Positions 37,490-51,217 of a DNA stretch of 64,000 nt are shown in pieces. Position 1 is the first letter of the stretch, and each line of letters opens with the position of its first letter. The position numbers and the translations under genes were made by a program. The notes beneath the pieces are model-generated. The model saw only the letters and a list, made by a program, of their open reading frames with translations, was not told the origin of the DNA and made no database searches. The stretch comes from Octopus bimaculoides (lineage: Eukaryota): positions 41,044,814 to 41,108,813 of the forward strand of contig NC_068994.1 in assembly GCF_001194135.2 (NCBI RefSeq), written 5' to 3'.

Positions 37490-38130
37490 AGATGTGATAA
37501 TTGGTCAGTCATGATTATCAATGTTAATTTATCTACATGTCTTTATTTGCACCACTAGTGGTGGTGGTGGTGTTGATGGTCGTGGTGATAGTGGTGATGT
37601 TGATGGAAGTACTAGAAGTTGGATGTAACCATCATCACCACGGCCACCACTTTAGGAAATGCAGTCCATGATAAAGTAATCAAGATGGTCATAGACGGAA
37701 TGCCTTTGATCATAAGAATAACAATAGACAACAGAGCAAAAGTTGCTGTTTCTTTCATATCTTAGTATAGTCAAGATGTGTAAATATAGATAACAAAGCA
37801 TTACTGTTGCTACTACTATTGCTGCAATTACTACTACTACTACTACTATGATGATATGATGATCAACATTACTAGTATAACTACCACTACTACAACCATT
37901 ATCAGTTGTATAACTACCCCTATGACCATTACTTTTACTACTCCTACTACTGGTACCACTACCAACAACAACTCTATCGCTACTACATCCATTACTATCA
38001 GCAACCTCTGTAGAGCTATAACCATCACCACAATTACCACTAGTACTGTGGTGATAATAATTGCTGCACTACTACTTCTACCACTAGTACCAACACCACA
38101 ACTACAACAACTATCATCATCACCAAAAAC
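37490..38130. repeat. Degenerate trinucleotide low-complexity tracts (GGT/GAT, then ACT/ACC/ACA)
   Basis: Runs of ctactactac, accaccac and ggtggtggt. A similar tract lies at ~4060-4210. Confidence 0.8.
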
Positions 38131-40243
38131 ATAAACCCAGAATCGTTGAATGGACCGTAAGGATTGTATGGTAATGTCATAACTTGAAAAATTTGTTGCG
38201 GTGGTAGCATTAATGAAAGCATACCAGGACTTGTCTTATGTCTTCAGATATATTTCTCTTTTCTTTATTCTCCCATACTGTATTTTCCTCTCATACACAC
38301 TACCACAAATGTGTGTGTGTGTGCAAACTTTGAGACTCTCCATCATTCTATATGCATAAGAGATACAGACTATTACTACAGAAAAAATATAGGCACTAAT
38401 AATGAGACGTTGCTAAATAACTTAGGCCCTACACACTATTACCACATCATATATGAGCAGTCTTGCAAAACTACCCGACATCACATTGAACCCCATGGAC
38501 ATTTTCTCATAACAGTTAAGGAAAGACAGCTGAGATGAGATGTGGCCATGTTGCAACTTCCTGTGTTCTTGCAAAGTCCATTCCTCAAGGAACCTTGAAC
38601 AAGGAAGAAAGAGATTAGGTAAAGAAATGGACTAGTAAATCTTTTGTGGAAATTTGAACTCTGGCACAATTAGTTACAATCAGGCATGGATTCATACATG
38701 CACACATTCAGGCATGGATTCATACATAAATAGACTTATAAATGTATATATTCACACACACACACAATTATGTGTGAATAGTCTGGATTATTTCCTCATA
38801 TTAACGTTTCTTGTGAACAGCAATCATCAAGCATACAAAACAATTATGTGTGAGTAAAACGTTTAGTTTACCAAGATCTCTGACATAGATGTGTACAATA
38901 TACACAAATATATACATTCACAAGTATACACACTCTCTGTCTTCCACTTTCTCTCTCTTTCATATTGCACACACAAATAGACATGCCTACAGAATCACAC
39001 ATGCACTTCACATTTGAATATACAGTATATATTTGCCTTTGCCAACTCACACTGACACACAAACCTAAACACAGATCATTTATAAACTACAAACTAAATA
39101 TGAAAATTATTTGATAAATTATTAGAAAAATCCAAAACATTCCAGGATTCCATATTTTCTGAATTGGTTGCTACCTGGCTTCATATTTACTCCCATCAGT
39201 AATATTTTCCTGTCTGTTTTCCTGAAGCTAAATGCAGAAATATGTCATGTAATTTGTGTATCATGCAGTACCAAAACTCTTATAGAGGCCATTAACATGT
39301 CTGGCTTCAGTGAAATACTCCATGTAGCCATTAGCTTTGATGAGAGAGCAAATATGTTTTGTTCCAAATTTGTGCAAATTTCTGACAGATATTACAAGAT
39401 CCTCATCCATTCACTATTCTGTTCTGTTTACTTGAGTAGAAACTTGGAACAAAATGCATTTCTGAATTACAAATAATATTTAGAGTTCTGAGGACTTGTG
39501 TGATATAACTATCAACATATACCAGGCATCTGATATTAAATTGATGCAAACATGGCAACATGATAAAGAATTTTGGTTTAAAATCACGTATTTTCTACTC
39601 GTAGTATCAGGTTGACTAACGACTTGGAACTATTTGATAGAAACTGTGTGGAAGCCTATAATGTACATATGAATGCCTATGTCTTCTTTCTTTTATCTCT
39701 TGCTTGTTTCAGTCATTGGTTTGTAGCCAAGATGGGGACACAGCTTAGAAGGGTTTAGTTGAACAAATAAATCCCAGTACTTATTTTTAAGTCTTGTACT
39801 TTTCTATTGGTTTCATTTGCCAAATTGCTAGGTTACAGGAATGTAAACAAACCAACTTGTCATTGTCAAGTGGAGGAGGGGCCGAACACAAGCATGAAGA
39901 CACATACTCACACATATATGTGTGTNNNNNNNNNNNNNNNNNNNNNNNNNNNNNNNNNNNNNNNNNNNNNNNNNNNNNNNNNNNNNNNNNNNNNNNNNNN
40001 NNNNNNNNNNNNNNNNNNNNNNNNNNNNNNNNNNNNNNNNNNNNNNNNNNNNNNNNNNNNNNNNNNNNNNNNNNNNNNNNNNNNNNNNNNNNNNNNNNNN
40101 NNNNNNNNNNNNNNNNNNNNNNNNNNNNNNNNNNNNNNNNNNNNNNNNNNNNNNNNNNNNNNNNNNNNNNNNNNNNNNNNNNNNNNNNNNNNNNNNNNNN
40201 NNNNNNNNNNNNNNNNNNNNNNNNNNNNNNNNNNNNNNNNNNN

Positions 40244-40276
<33 letters not shown>

Positions 40277-40329
40277 TTATGTAAATAGAGGAATTTATCT
40301 GTAAAAATATGTGACACTTATTCAGTAGC

Positions 40330-40600
40330 CATGATAAACTCTGAGTTTCGGATGCCGGGTTGGGAACCCATGCGAACATCTCTTCCGTTATCCAGCCATT
40401 GAAAATTCCTGTGAAAAATGACCATTAAACAAAGGGAAATCACTGTGTGATTGACCGTTATTAAGACAAAAGAGCTATAGACAGCTAAGTAAGGGGAGGG
40501 AGTAAAAAAAGTCTATAGTGTTCGATTAAGCGCACCGATCCGTACATTCGCCTATATGTATATACTAAACCACCCTCGCTTGAAACACACATGCTCACCC
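40330..40600. promoter_or_regulatory. CpG-retaining non-repeat patch; candidate promoter or 5' exon region of the Pcdh
   Basis: About 11 CpGs in ~270 bp, against very few in most flanking unique DNA. It matches no repeat seen elsewhere in the window and lies ~10 kb 5' of the Pcdh acceptor on the gene's strand. Confidence 0.35.
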
Positions 40601-40699
40601 ACATATTAGACAAAAATTATACATATATGTACATATATATATGCGCATACACACCCACGTGTGTATGGGTGCAAAGTTATTTTGAGTGCGTGTGTGTGT

Positions 40700-42110
40700 G
40701 TGCATAATAAGGTGTTTTATGCAGCAGATATAAATTTTGGCAGTATAGATGAATGGCTTCTAGATTTGGAAGGAGTTGTTAGGTCTGATAAGGGTATTGT
40801 TGATAAAGAAAGGGCAAATGTAGAAATGGATATGGGAACACTTAAAAGAGAAGAGAGAAAATTAAGGAATAAGAGGGAAGTAGTGAGGTCAGATTGGAAG
40901 GATCATAAGTGTCTTGAGATGGTACCTTGTGGAGTTAGTGTTGAAAGATGGTGAGTGGAAAGAGGAGCTGATTGTTCATGAGCCAGGCACAGTGTGAGAA
41001 GGTTGTAGTATGATTGACTTCAAGAGTGCAGGCAAAGACAGCATAAACTAAGCAAGTATCCAAATCATGTGAAGCAACACAACTTATGTAAAGACTGGGT
41101 ACGAAAGTCATCATTATGGTTGCAGAGGTGAACGAATTGGGAGTAGAAGATAATGCCTTTGGTATGAGAGAAGGAGTTGAGGGAAGAGGGGGAATTCTAC
41201 TGGTTTGCAGCAGTCAGATGTAACGAAGGTGGGCTGAGGATGATTGATGAAAATAAAGATGTCAAGGTTGTTGACAAATGTGTTAGAGATGGAAGAAGTA
41301 AATTCAAGAGAAGGGTAAAAGAGTTGAAAATGGAGATGAATGAGTTTAGTTGTTCAAGGATTAGAGAAGTGTTATTGGTAAAATCATCTGTATGGGGGTG
41401 GGTCCAGTGAACTGGAATATGCATTTTAATCCTTTACCATTTAAATCATACATATCTGGCTGGAATATTCTACCTATTTAATGTTCAAATTGGCAAGGGT
41501 CTGGCCACTCACACTTACCCTACAATGTCATTCTAAAAATAAACAAGCAAATCAACGAAATCTCAAAGAGATACTGTTTGATTAATACAAAACAATGTGA
41601 ATAAATAAGCAATACATTTGCCAGAGTAATCTGAATGCTAAAGGGTTAACATAATCAAGAAATAGGCTCAAACAGTTGGGGACCTGTTCTGCTTTCTATA
41701 ACCATCCAAGAGATTTGCTGGTTTGTTTCACTGGAAAAGAGAAGTAACTGAGAGTGTTGATGAGTTAAACAAGGTGGAATAGGTTGGTTGTAGTGTGGTC
41801 TAGAATGTGCAACAGAAAATATAGTTGCACAAAAGCATGTGGGATGACAGCATAAACATATTTAATGTCTGTAGTGATGAGCTACCAAGAGGGGCCAGGA
41901 AGAAAAAAATGGGTCAACAATATAGTGGATATGGCTGGCTTTGTGAATATGGTGAGAGAGAAGTAAGGCAATACAAGGATGAGAATGAAATCAAGATATT
42001 TAGAATGAAATTCAGTGGTGCACTTGCAGCTTGGAATGGTGGCAGGGTTTATAAATATTTTAGATGTATTGTGGAGGTGCAGGGTGTGAGGATGAGGTTG
42101 AAGTCCTCCT
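40700..42110 (-). mobile_element. Highly decayed CR1-group (Rex1/L2-like) LINE remnant, interrupted by a MITE
   Basis: The minus strand is C/T-rich and coding-like, with traces such as NHNDDFRTQSL, QYPY/RPNNS and IKYVYAVIPHAF that resemble RT-entry and APE motifs. Many stops are present. Confidence 0.4.
41430..41645. mobile_element. piggyBac-type MITE, 216 bp, with TTAA target duplication
   Basis: TTAA (41426-41429) | tcctttaccatt ... aatgctaaaggg | TTAA (41646-41649). The termini are CCCT-like inverted repeats. Confidence 0.8.
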
Positions 42111-42313
42111 CCTCATTTAATATCCATGTTCCATGCTTGCATGGGTAGATACACACACATATAGAGATACAGGAAAATCCTTTGTTTCATTTATGGGAAA
42201 CGTTTTTAAGCTTGCGTATAAAAGCTTCTATTCTATTATGCCAGCTACAGTCTAATGATACCAACTAGCAATAGCAGTTTTATGGGGTTGTACTGAGCTG
42301 TGCCGATAGAAAT

Positions 42314-42349
<36 letters not shown>

Positions 42350-42689
42350 GCACAAATAAATATATACAACATTGTACTAAAATACATATCATTGAACCGG
42401 TATTGTGAAAATTATATGAATGTGATCATGTTTAATGAGTAAAAATAATTTATGTCTGACAGAATAAAGAATTGTGCTAAACATGTAAAATATTTTCGAA
42501 TTTTGCGAGAGTACCATCAATTTTAGAGGAAGGCGTTTGTTCATCACATTGACCTCAGTGTTCTCTAGGTGCTTATTCTATTGACTCCCAAAAGGATGAA
42601 AGGCAAAGTCAACCTTGGCAGAATTTGAACTCAGGACATAAAGAGCCAGCAAAATATGTCCAACAGAATAAAGAACTGTACAAAACATG

Positions 42690-42730
<41 letters not shown>

Positions 42731-43780
42731 GGCTTCAGATTTTGGCACAATACCAGCAATTTTAAGGAAAGGGGGTTTGTCAGTTGCATTGAACCTAGTG
42801 CAAAACTGGTACTTATTTTATCAACCCCATAGGATGAAAGGCTATGTTGAGCTCAACAGAATTTGAACTCTGAACATAGAGAGCCAGAAGAAATGCTGCT
42901 TAATAATTTGTCATGTGTACTGGAGTTCTGGTACTGACAAACTGCTATAAATATAAAGGGAATGATTAATGGTGAGTGAATAAACTGCAGTGAATGACTA
43001 CTCATTTTATTGACACTAAAGAATGTCAATGTTGATAAGATATAAACTCAAAATATAAACAGTGAAACTAAATACTGAAAAACTATTAACATAATATTCT
43101 TGTATTTTTTTATATGATCCACCAACTGAAAATTATTAAATAAACTGATCTACTAATGATACCTATATATAGTTGTGTGATTGCTAAAAATAGCCTTAAA
43201 ATCTCTCAAAATCACATTTTACTAGCTATGGGGAAAGAAATGGACATATTAAATAATAGTCTGTGATATGCTAAGTATAAAAGTAATACTCTTGATTAGG
43301 ATATTTTTTATCAGAGTTCAACTGCAGCTAAAATAAAACCAGCAATAAAAACAAAAATAGAATTAAATGAAATGCTAAAAGAAAATAAATTAGAAAGAAA
43401 AGAGACAAATGTAAAGGATTAGAAAAAAAATTATAGATAAGTAAAATACTTCAATTGCATGCCAGTTAATCATTTGTCAGAAATAATTCAAAAATATCCT
43501 TTCAAGTATTCTTAAACAACTTAGGATTCTTCTATCAGTCTTTCTTCTTTTTTGTTTGTCAATAAGTTTTAGTTTTAATCTATGCAATGCTGTGAGTATC
43601 AAAAATTTAATTAGAAACAGCTATGCTGTAATGAAAAGGTTTAATTACCTCAATGACTATAGTTATCTTAATCATTTTGTAAAGTATGGGAGACAACTCT
43701 TGACATATTTTGCTCTTATAAGGCCTCTTCAATGAAGTATAGACTTCACTAGATTTGTTGATGAGAGAATTAGGGAACAG

Positions 43781-46243
43781 ATATTTTACATAAGCAAACA
43801 GGAAAAATTAACATATTGTTTTATTTTTTAAAAATCAATCAATGAGATTGATTGTTGAGACATAACGATCTCATGAAAAGCAATAGTTAAGTTAGAGTTG
43901 ATCTACTTAGAATACCAAGCATCAAATATGTTATTACAAATACTAATGTGATGGAAGGAGGAGGGTGACATACAGTCATATCTGAAAGAATTTTAACACA
44001 TTTTGAGATAATATAATAAAAACACTATCAATACAAATAACTTTATTATTACAGTTATCATTAGCAAAGATAGAAACATTTTTATTTCTATATTTGCATA
44101 CATTTTATATTATGATATTGAATAATTTGTGTCGACATGAATGTTGATTTAGAAAATTACATTGAATTTTTCACCTGATGTGAGAAATATTATGTTTGGT
44201 GATCATTATTCAGATTTGTCTCAACTAAAACAAATTTGTGTATTATTTTCATTTTAAACACAAATATTGCAACTTCACCATTTTAGGTATGCTTTCAAAA
44301 TACAAGCAAATATATTCAATGTAAAAGATATGTTTATTAATTATCTCACATGTACTCTAAATTATTAGGAGACACAGATAAATAATAATTTATAATTTCA
44401 ATACATAAAACACTAAGTCCATATGTATAAGTTTTTTTTTTTTTACATGTCGTGCTAGAAGAAAAAAAAAAACAACAGATGTATTGAGTGAGATGTGAGA
44501 GAGAAGCATAGAAAGTTTTTTTAATGGGTAGTAGATTAGGTAAATAGATAAATGGAAATTTAACACAAAGGAAAGGAGAAATAAGGAAATAAGCAGGCAG
44601 TAGCTTGTGGAACAGGTAAGCATGCAAGCAGACAGTAAAATGTAGGAATGGCTAAGAAAATGCAACGCACACACACACGTTTTATTTTTATTTAATTGCT
44701 TCAGTCATTTGACTGCAGCCATGCAGGAGCACCACCTTGAAGGGCTTTAGTCAAACAAATTGATCCCAGGACTTATTTTTGTAAACCTAGTACTTATTCT
44801 ATTGGTATCTTTTTGCTGAACTGCTAAGTTACAGGGATGTAAACACATCAACACCGGTTGCCAAGCAGTGATGATGGGGACAAACACAGACACAAAGACA
44901 CACACACATAGATATATTCATATATTTACATATATACAATGGGATTCTTTCAGTTTCTGTCAAGCAAATCCACTCACAATATATATATATATATATATAT
45001 ATGCACATTTTTACATGTATGTATACATAATAAAGTAGTGAGATTCAAAATTATCATGACACAGACAGGTGGTCAGCCTCTACAGTTGCTTGTAATGAAA
45101 GTATTTCATTGGTTGCTTGAGGAAGCCATGCATCCACTCGCCATTTGACTTGAAACTGTAGAAATGTTTTCATGGTTTCATGTAATGAATACTTTTTGAC
45201 AATGATCTTGTACATAAAAGGTAGAAAACTACCTGAAGACAAGGAACTCTGAACATCTTGAAGTTACATAACTTCTGTTTGTTGATTCCTTTGAAACATA
45301 AACAGTTTGTAATTATTTACTCTTTTCCTTTTATTTATTGTCATATATATATATATATATATATCAAGCAGAGGAGGAGGCAGGTTAAGGAGGGGATCGA
45401 CACCTTTGAGAGAGCACGTATTCTGCATGAAGAATTTAAGTGTGCTGCTCAAAAGCGCACTGCTAGTGTAGTGAATGGGAAAGCTTGGTTTGCAATGTTT
45501 TCAGTTGTGTATGCCTGTCAAGAGCGGGGCTCATTAGCCACCAACAGAGCCACAAATACAAAATATAAGTTAGTCCTAGAGCACACAATGTTCCTAAAGG
45601 TCAGTAATGGTCTTCCTCAGTCACAAGTGGATGGCCATCATATATATATATGTGTGTGTTTGTGTATATGTGTATATGTATGTATGTACATATGTGTGTG
45701 TGTATATGTAAAAACTCACCATACTGAATATGGTTTTGAAAGCATATCCTGAATAGTGAGGTGGCAATATGTGTATTTAAAATAAATATAATATATCACA
45801 AACTTGTTTTAGTTGGGGCAAATCTGTATTATGATCACCAAACACAATATTTTTCACATCAGGTAAAAATTCAATGCAATTTGCTAAATCAACATTCGTT
45901 TCAACACAAATAATTCAATATCATATAATAAAATAAATGCAAATATTGAATTAAAGTTGTTTCTATCTGTACTAATGATAGTTGCAATAATAAAGTTATT
46001 TGTGTTACTAGTGTCATTATTATGTTATCTCAAAATGAGTTAAACTTCCTGCAGGCATGAATTCCTCCTCCACCTAAGAGGTATTTATAATACAATATTT
46101 GGTGCTTGCTTCATTAAATTGATTGACTCTAACTCAACTATTGCTTTTCTTGTGATTGTTATGTCTTGCCAATCAATCTCATTGATTGATTTTTAAAAAA
46201 TATAACAATATGCTAATTTTTCATGTCGGCTTATGTACAACAT
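43781..46243. repeat. Diverged ~500-bp inverted repeat pair (43781-44280 and 45754-46243)
   Basis: For example, aaaaatcaatcaatgagattgatt pairs with aatcaatctcattgattgattttt, and gatcattattcagatttgtctcaactaaaacaa pairs with ttgttttagttggggcaaatctgtattatgatc. Confidence 0.8.
45363..45632 (+). mobile_element. RTE-clade LINE 3' end with a decayed C2H2-like finger
   Basis: VKEGIDTFERARILHEEFKCAAQKRTAS, then after a frameshift CNVFSCVCLSRAGLISHQQSHK, followed by a short 3' UTR. Confidence 0.7.
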
Positions 46244-47512
46244 TGTACATCTTCTTAATGATTCATTCATCACTATACCACAAAGTACATTGAAGTCTAA
46301 TCTTCATTGAAAAGGTCTTATAAGTTATCTCCCATATATGAAGAAATGGTTGAAAGAACCATATTTTTATATATGGGAGATAATGCTGTCTTTTCTCACC
46401 ACATAAATATTTTAAATTAAATTTTTGACATGGAGGCAATGACAAATGACTGAGACTTTTAGCAATATGCTGTGCTTGAGAAGAAGACCCATCAAGCCAA
46501 GTGAAATCTTAGTCGTGGTAGATACTAGTGTCATGCAATTAGCATCCATGCTAGTGACATGTAAAAGCATCTATTACACACCTGGAGTGGTTGGCATTAA
46601 GTAGTCCATCCAAGTGTAGAAACCATACCAAATCAGACAGGAGTCTGATGCAGCCCCCTCAGTTTTCAAGCCTTGGTCAAACCGACCAACCCATGCCAGC
46701 ATAGACAACATACATTAAATGATGATGATGTTACATGAAATACACTAAAGTTAACACACCAATAATGGCATGCAAGCACAATTCAGGCCAAGTTTCTGGT
46801 CTGAGAATGACTTCATCTCACCAGCCTCAGAAACTCTGAAAAATATCACGTGCTCTACCTTTCTCATGTGGATAAAATTTTAAAATGAAAATGATGACTA
46901 TAATGATGTAAGAAGGGGAAAAAACGGTAAGTCAATCAGTATAAACATGCAGGTGAGCATGGCTGTGTGGTTAAGAATTGCACTTTGCAGCCATGTGGTT
47001 TCAGGCTTAGTCTCACTGCTCAGAATTTTGGGTATCTTTTACTATAACCCTAGGCCAACGAATATCTTGCATGTGAAATTTAGTTGATGGAAGCTAGTGG
47101 CTAGAGTGCCGCACTCACAATTGGTAGATTGAGTGCTGTGTTTTGTTGTTGGGCAAAATACTTCATTTTACATTGTTCTGTGATCATTTTGACATCACAC
47201 TTGTGCATGTGTACAAGCAAGAAGGAGAAGAAAAGAAGGAAATGAATAGGGTAGAGGAGAAGAATGAAGAGGAAAGGAGGAGGAGAAGGCTAGTGTAAAC
47301 TTAGTTTGACTGATAAGGAAGGGGAGTGAAGTTAACTTGATTAATGTTGTGGTTTGTATTTAGATTGATGGAGTTGTACAATACAGTATTAACTGGAACC
47401 AGAGGTAAGAGTCTGTATAGGTCATTAATAGAACGACGAAGTGCATGGCACCTTGGAAAAGTGTCTTCTACTACAGCCCCAGGCCAACCAAAACCTTATT
47501 CATTTATTTATA

Positions 47513-47925
47513 GGTGCTGATGTGTCATTGTAGTAGGAAGTTTGCTTCTTAATTGCATGGTTCTGGGTTCATCCCTACTGCAAGGATCCTTGGACAAGGG
47601 TTTTCTACTATAGCCCTAGACCATCTAAAAAGCCTTGTGAGTAGATTTGGTTGACAGAAACTGAAAGAAGCCCATCATGATAAGGCATATATCTATATGT
47701 ATGTGTCTTTGTGTTTCTGCTTGTCCCCCACCACTGCTCAACTACTGGTTTTGGTTTACATATGTCCTGGTAATTTAGCTGTTTGGCAAAAGAATATGAT
47801 TTGTTAAGTACCAGACTTTAAAAAAATTGAGTAGTCAGGGTTAGTTTGTTTGACTAGACCATTTAAGGTAATGCTCCAGTATGGCTACAGTGGAATGATT
47901 GAAACAAATAAAAGATTGAAGATTA
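47513..47925 (+). mobile_element. Full-length diverged family-C SINE (tRNA-like head, microsatellite, 3' domain)
   Basis: The head runs ...catggttctgggttcatccc... to gaaactgaaagaagccc, followed by a short (TA/TG) tract and the tail atgattgaaacaaataaaaga. Confidence 0.75.
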
Positions 47926-48224
47926 TAATTGTCTTATTACATGCATGAATCAAGGTGAAAAATTGGATTACATACTCATAAGTGACATATATACACTGTA
48001 AGAGCAAAGATATCTTTGGAACTTTATGTCTGAAGAAGTCTAATAATACCAAAACATATATTGGTTTATCTCCCTTAGTTTACTAAAATTATTATTTATG
48101 CAATATAAACCATTTGGTTTATTTTTATTTCCTACTATTCAAAAGTATATTAAGTTAGACATTCGAAACTGGAGACAACAAATACATTCAGTTCCAGAAT
48201 AAGGCTAATATATAATCAGAGGAA

Positions 48225-48600
48225 GGTAGTGGGCTTGTAGAGTTGTTAGTGTGCCAAGCGACATGCTTAGTGGCATTTTGCCTGTCTTTACATTCTGAGT
48301 TCAAATGCCACCAGGGTCGACTTTGTCTTTTATCCTTTTAGGATCAATAAAATAAATACCAGTTGAGCACTGGGGATGATATAATCAACTTAGTTCCTTC
48401 CGCAAAACTACTGGCCTTGTGCCCAAATTTGAAGCCAGTAAATTGGCAGAGGCATGGCTGAGTGGTTAAGAAATTTGCTTTCCATCCATATGGTTTTCAG
48501 TTCAATCCCACTGTGTGGAACCTTAAGGAAGAGCTGCAAGCAGATGAAAGCCTTGTAAGCAGATCAAATTGATGAAGACTGAAAGAAGTCCATCATATAT
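48225..48600 (+). mobile_element. Family-A SINE followed directly by a family-C head
   Basis: The A core is gagttcaaatgccaccagggtcgactttgtc. It is followed by ggcatggctgagtggttaagaaatttgc...gaagactgaaagaagtccatc. Confidence 0.75.
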
Positions 48601-50504
48601 GTGTATCTATACATAGATGTTCGTTTAATCGTTTAACGTCCGCTTTCCATGCTAGCATGGGTTGGATATATGTATAATTACATATGTGTGTGTGTGTGCA
48701 TATATATATTTATATATAGCTATATAAATATATATCTGTGTGTTTGTGTGTGCTTGTGTATGTGTCTCCTTGCCTTGATGCTCTGTCATAATTGTAATTA
48801 AGAATCACCATCATACAAACAGTGTCCTTCATTTCCAATCTTTTGTGTAAACATGTCCATCACGGGCAAATATTACCCTACTTGAAAACAGGTGAGAGTT
48901 GGCAACAGGAAAGGCATCCAGCCAAAGAAAATTCTGTTTCAGTGAATTCCATGTGAGTATAGAACCAGAAATAACTTTTGTGTGTAGTGGTTCCACTTGT
49001 AATGGAGTGTCACTGGAAACGACTCCACGAAGCATCCTATTCTTTAGATATTAACTCAATGTTCTAAACTTAACCCTGAGCAGTTCAGAGGGTTCTTGCA
49101 TAAGCTAAACATACTTTGGCAGGGCTAAATGCATGTAATATAAAGAGTAAACCGAGTGCCTAGAAGCACATGAATGCGTAACGAACTTGAATGAATGAAA
49201 AAAATAATGTGCCATCCCAACTGCACTGTGTGTTTTTGTATTCTGTTTACAAACTAACTTGAATACACCGTGATAGGATCCATTATAATAAATATCCAGC
49301 ATTGACAACAGATTCAGTCATATTCTTTGAATAATGAGTCCCTTTTACATTGAACAAATTAATCAGGGGAAAGCAATGGAAGAAAAAAGAAGAGAAAAAT
49401 AAAAGGAAAGGAAACAAAACAGATGAAAATACTTGTTTCTTTTCAGATAAAGATCTAATGGAGTTTGGCAATAATATGCTTTTCTTCTCATCTTTAATTG
49501 TTTTTATAACATATTTTCTTCTCCTAATGTCTTAAGGTTTTTAACACATGCAAATAAAGACACAAATACAATTATTTCGAGCATAATCACAGTAAAACTC
49601 TATCAGTGAATACGAAAGATAACAAAAATTAATTCTCATTCACTATTCTTGACAATAAGAATCAACCTGAAGAAAGATAGGATCTTACCATATTCTAATT
49701 CCTTTCTCTTTCCATTCCTCTCTCCCTGTTTCTTTTGTTCCCCTTTTCCTCCACTTTGTTTATAATTTCCTCTTTTCTCCCTCTATTTTTTCAACTTTTC
49801 TACCTTCTTTCTGCTGCTTTGCTTTTCTTATTGTTCTCCTTACCCATCTCTTTTTCTCATTCTCTCTCTCTCCCTCTCTCTCTCTCCCCCTCTCTCTCTC
49901 TCTCTCTCTCTACTTTCAGATTGTCTCCATCATTTTCCTATCTTTTCATCTGTTCTCATTTCCCCCCCACTTACTCCCTTCTTTTCCTCTCTTCCCTCTT
50001 TTTCTGCCTACATACACACACACACACACACACACACATACATTAATTGGCACTCCATTGGTTATGATGACGTGTGTTCCAGTCGAGCCATTCAACAGAA
50101 CAACCTGCTCATGAAATTAACATGCAAATGGCTGAGCACTCCAGAAACACATGGATGCTTAATGTAGTTCACCAGAAGATTTAGCGTTTCACAGAATGTG
50201 ACAATGTTGGCCTTTTGAAATAGAAGTACAGCTCAGTCTTACCAACTACATGGATTAGAGCAAGGTGAAACAGACTGCTTTGCACAAAGACACAATGTGC
50301 CACCAGGAATCGAAGTCATGACCTTGTGATTCTGAACTGAATACGCACTCCACTAAGCCACATGCCTTTGTGTATGTATACTGTATAAGCACACACACAC
50401 ATACACACACATATATATATAGTTTGAGGTCATTCCAAAATGTAACTACATGTGGATTGTTGGCAATTTTTTTTTCCTCCATCTTCCTTTTCTTTTGGAC
50501 TTTC

Positions 50505-50540
50505 CTCTAAAGAAGAGCTTTGCTCGAAACATAAAACATC
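50505..50540 (+). ncRNA. Inactivated hammerhead-like relic
   Basis: Reads CTAAAGA A GAGC ttt GCTC GAAA cataaaa. Stem II and GAAA are intact, but the first box has A in place of G5. Confidence 0.4.
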
Positions 50541-51107
50541 CTTTCCTTCCTTCCCTGAATGTCTATTAATACTTTGCATGTAGCACGCCCTCACGTTATT
50601 GTTTTACTTGTCTTTTTTCTCCATTTTTTTAATTAATTATATATATATATACATACATATACTTATCCTGCTTGAAAATTACAATAAGTGTATGAGTGTC
50701 AATGCAACATTCAGCCATTTGGTACACTATTCAATGAGTAGATCATCCAATTTGATTGAACAACTAACTGTACAATTTGGCTTGAGGGAAATTGTCAAAA
50801 GAATCTATCACTCCTACACATGCGTCTTTATATTCTTTGTTCATTATTTCAAATTAGTTCTTTACCTTTTGCTGAGCTCAATCAATGCTGTTTTAGTCAG
50901 AAACTGCTTTCGAATGGAATTTAAAACTATCATATATATTGATAAAAGTGAAATTCTGTCTGTCTGGGACACCTGTATCCCAGTCTACATGTGCTCTACA
51001 TAGACATATGGTATCTTTTTTGTCCAACAACAAATCCTATCAACAAAATTCTCAATGATTATTTGATTTTGATGTTCACCTTGTTTTCTAAAGAGTTTAT
51101 TTAAAAT

Positions 51108-51217
51108 TAGACAAAAAGTCGTTGGACAAAAATATTATTGGACAAAAAAATCATTGGAAAAAAGACGTCAGACCAAAAGGCATGGACGAAATGACATTGG
51201 ACGAAAAGTCGGGTCAC
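51108..51217. repeat. Seven ~15-bp tandem units (tggacaaaaagtcgt-like) ending in gggtcac
   Basis: Units are tagacaaaaagtcgt, tggacaaaaatattat, tggacaaaaaaatcat, tggaaaaaagacgt, cagaccaaaaggca, tggacgaaatgacat and tggacgaaaagtcgg. Confidence 0.75.

Noticed and set aside
37856-38134. Thr-rich mucin-like ORF (also 4021-4215)
   Set aside because: It is a translation of degenerate ACN trinucleotide repeats, with no splice context or domain.
51108-51217. CRISPR-like interpretation of the short repeat arrays (also 61645-61767)
   Set aside because: The units are contiguous without unique spacers, the context is eukaryotic, and there are no cas genes.
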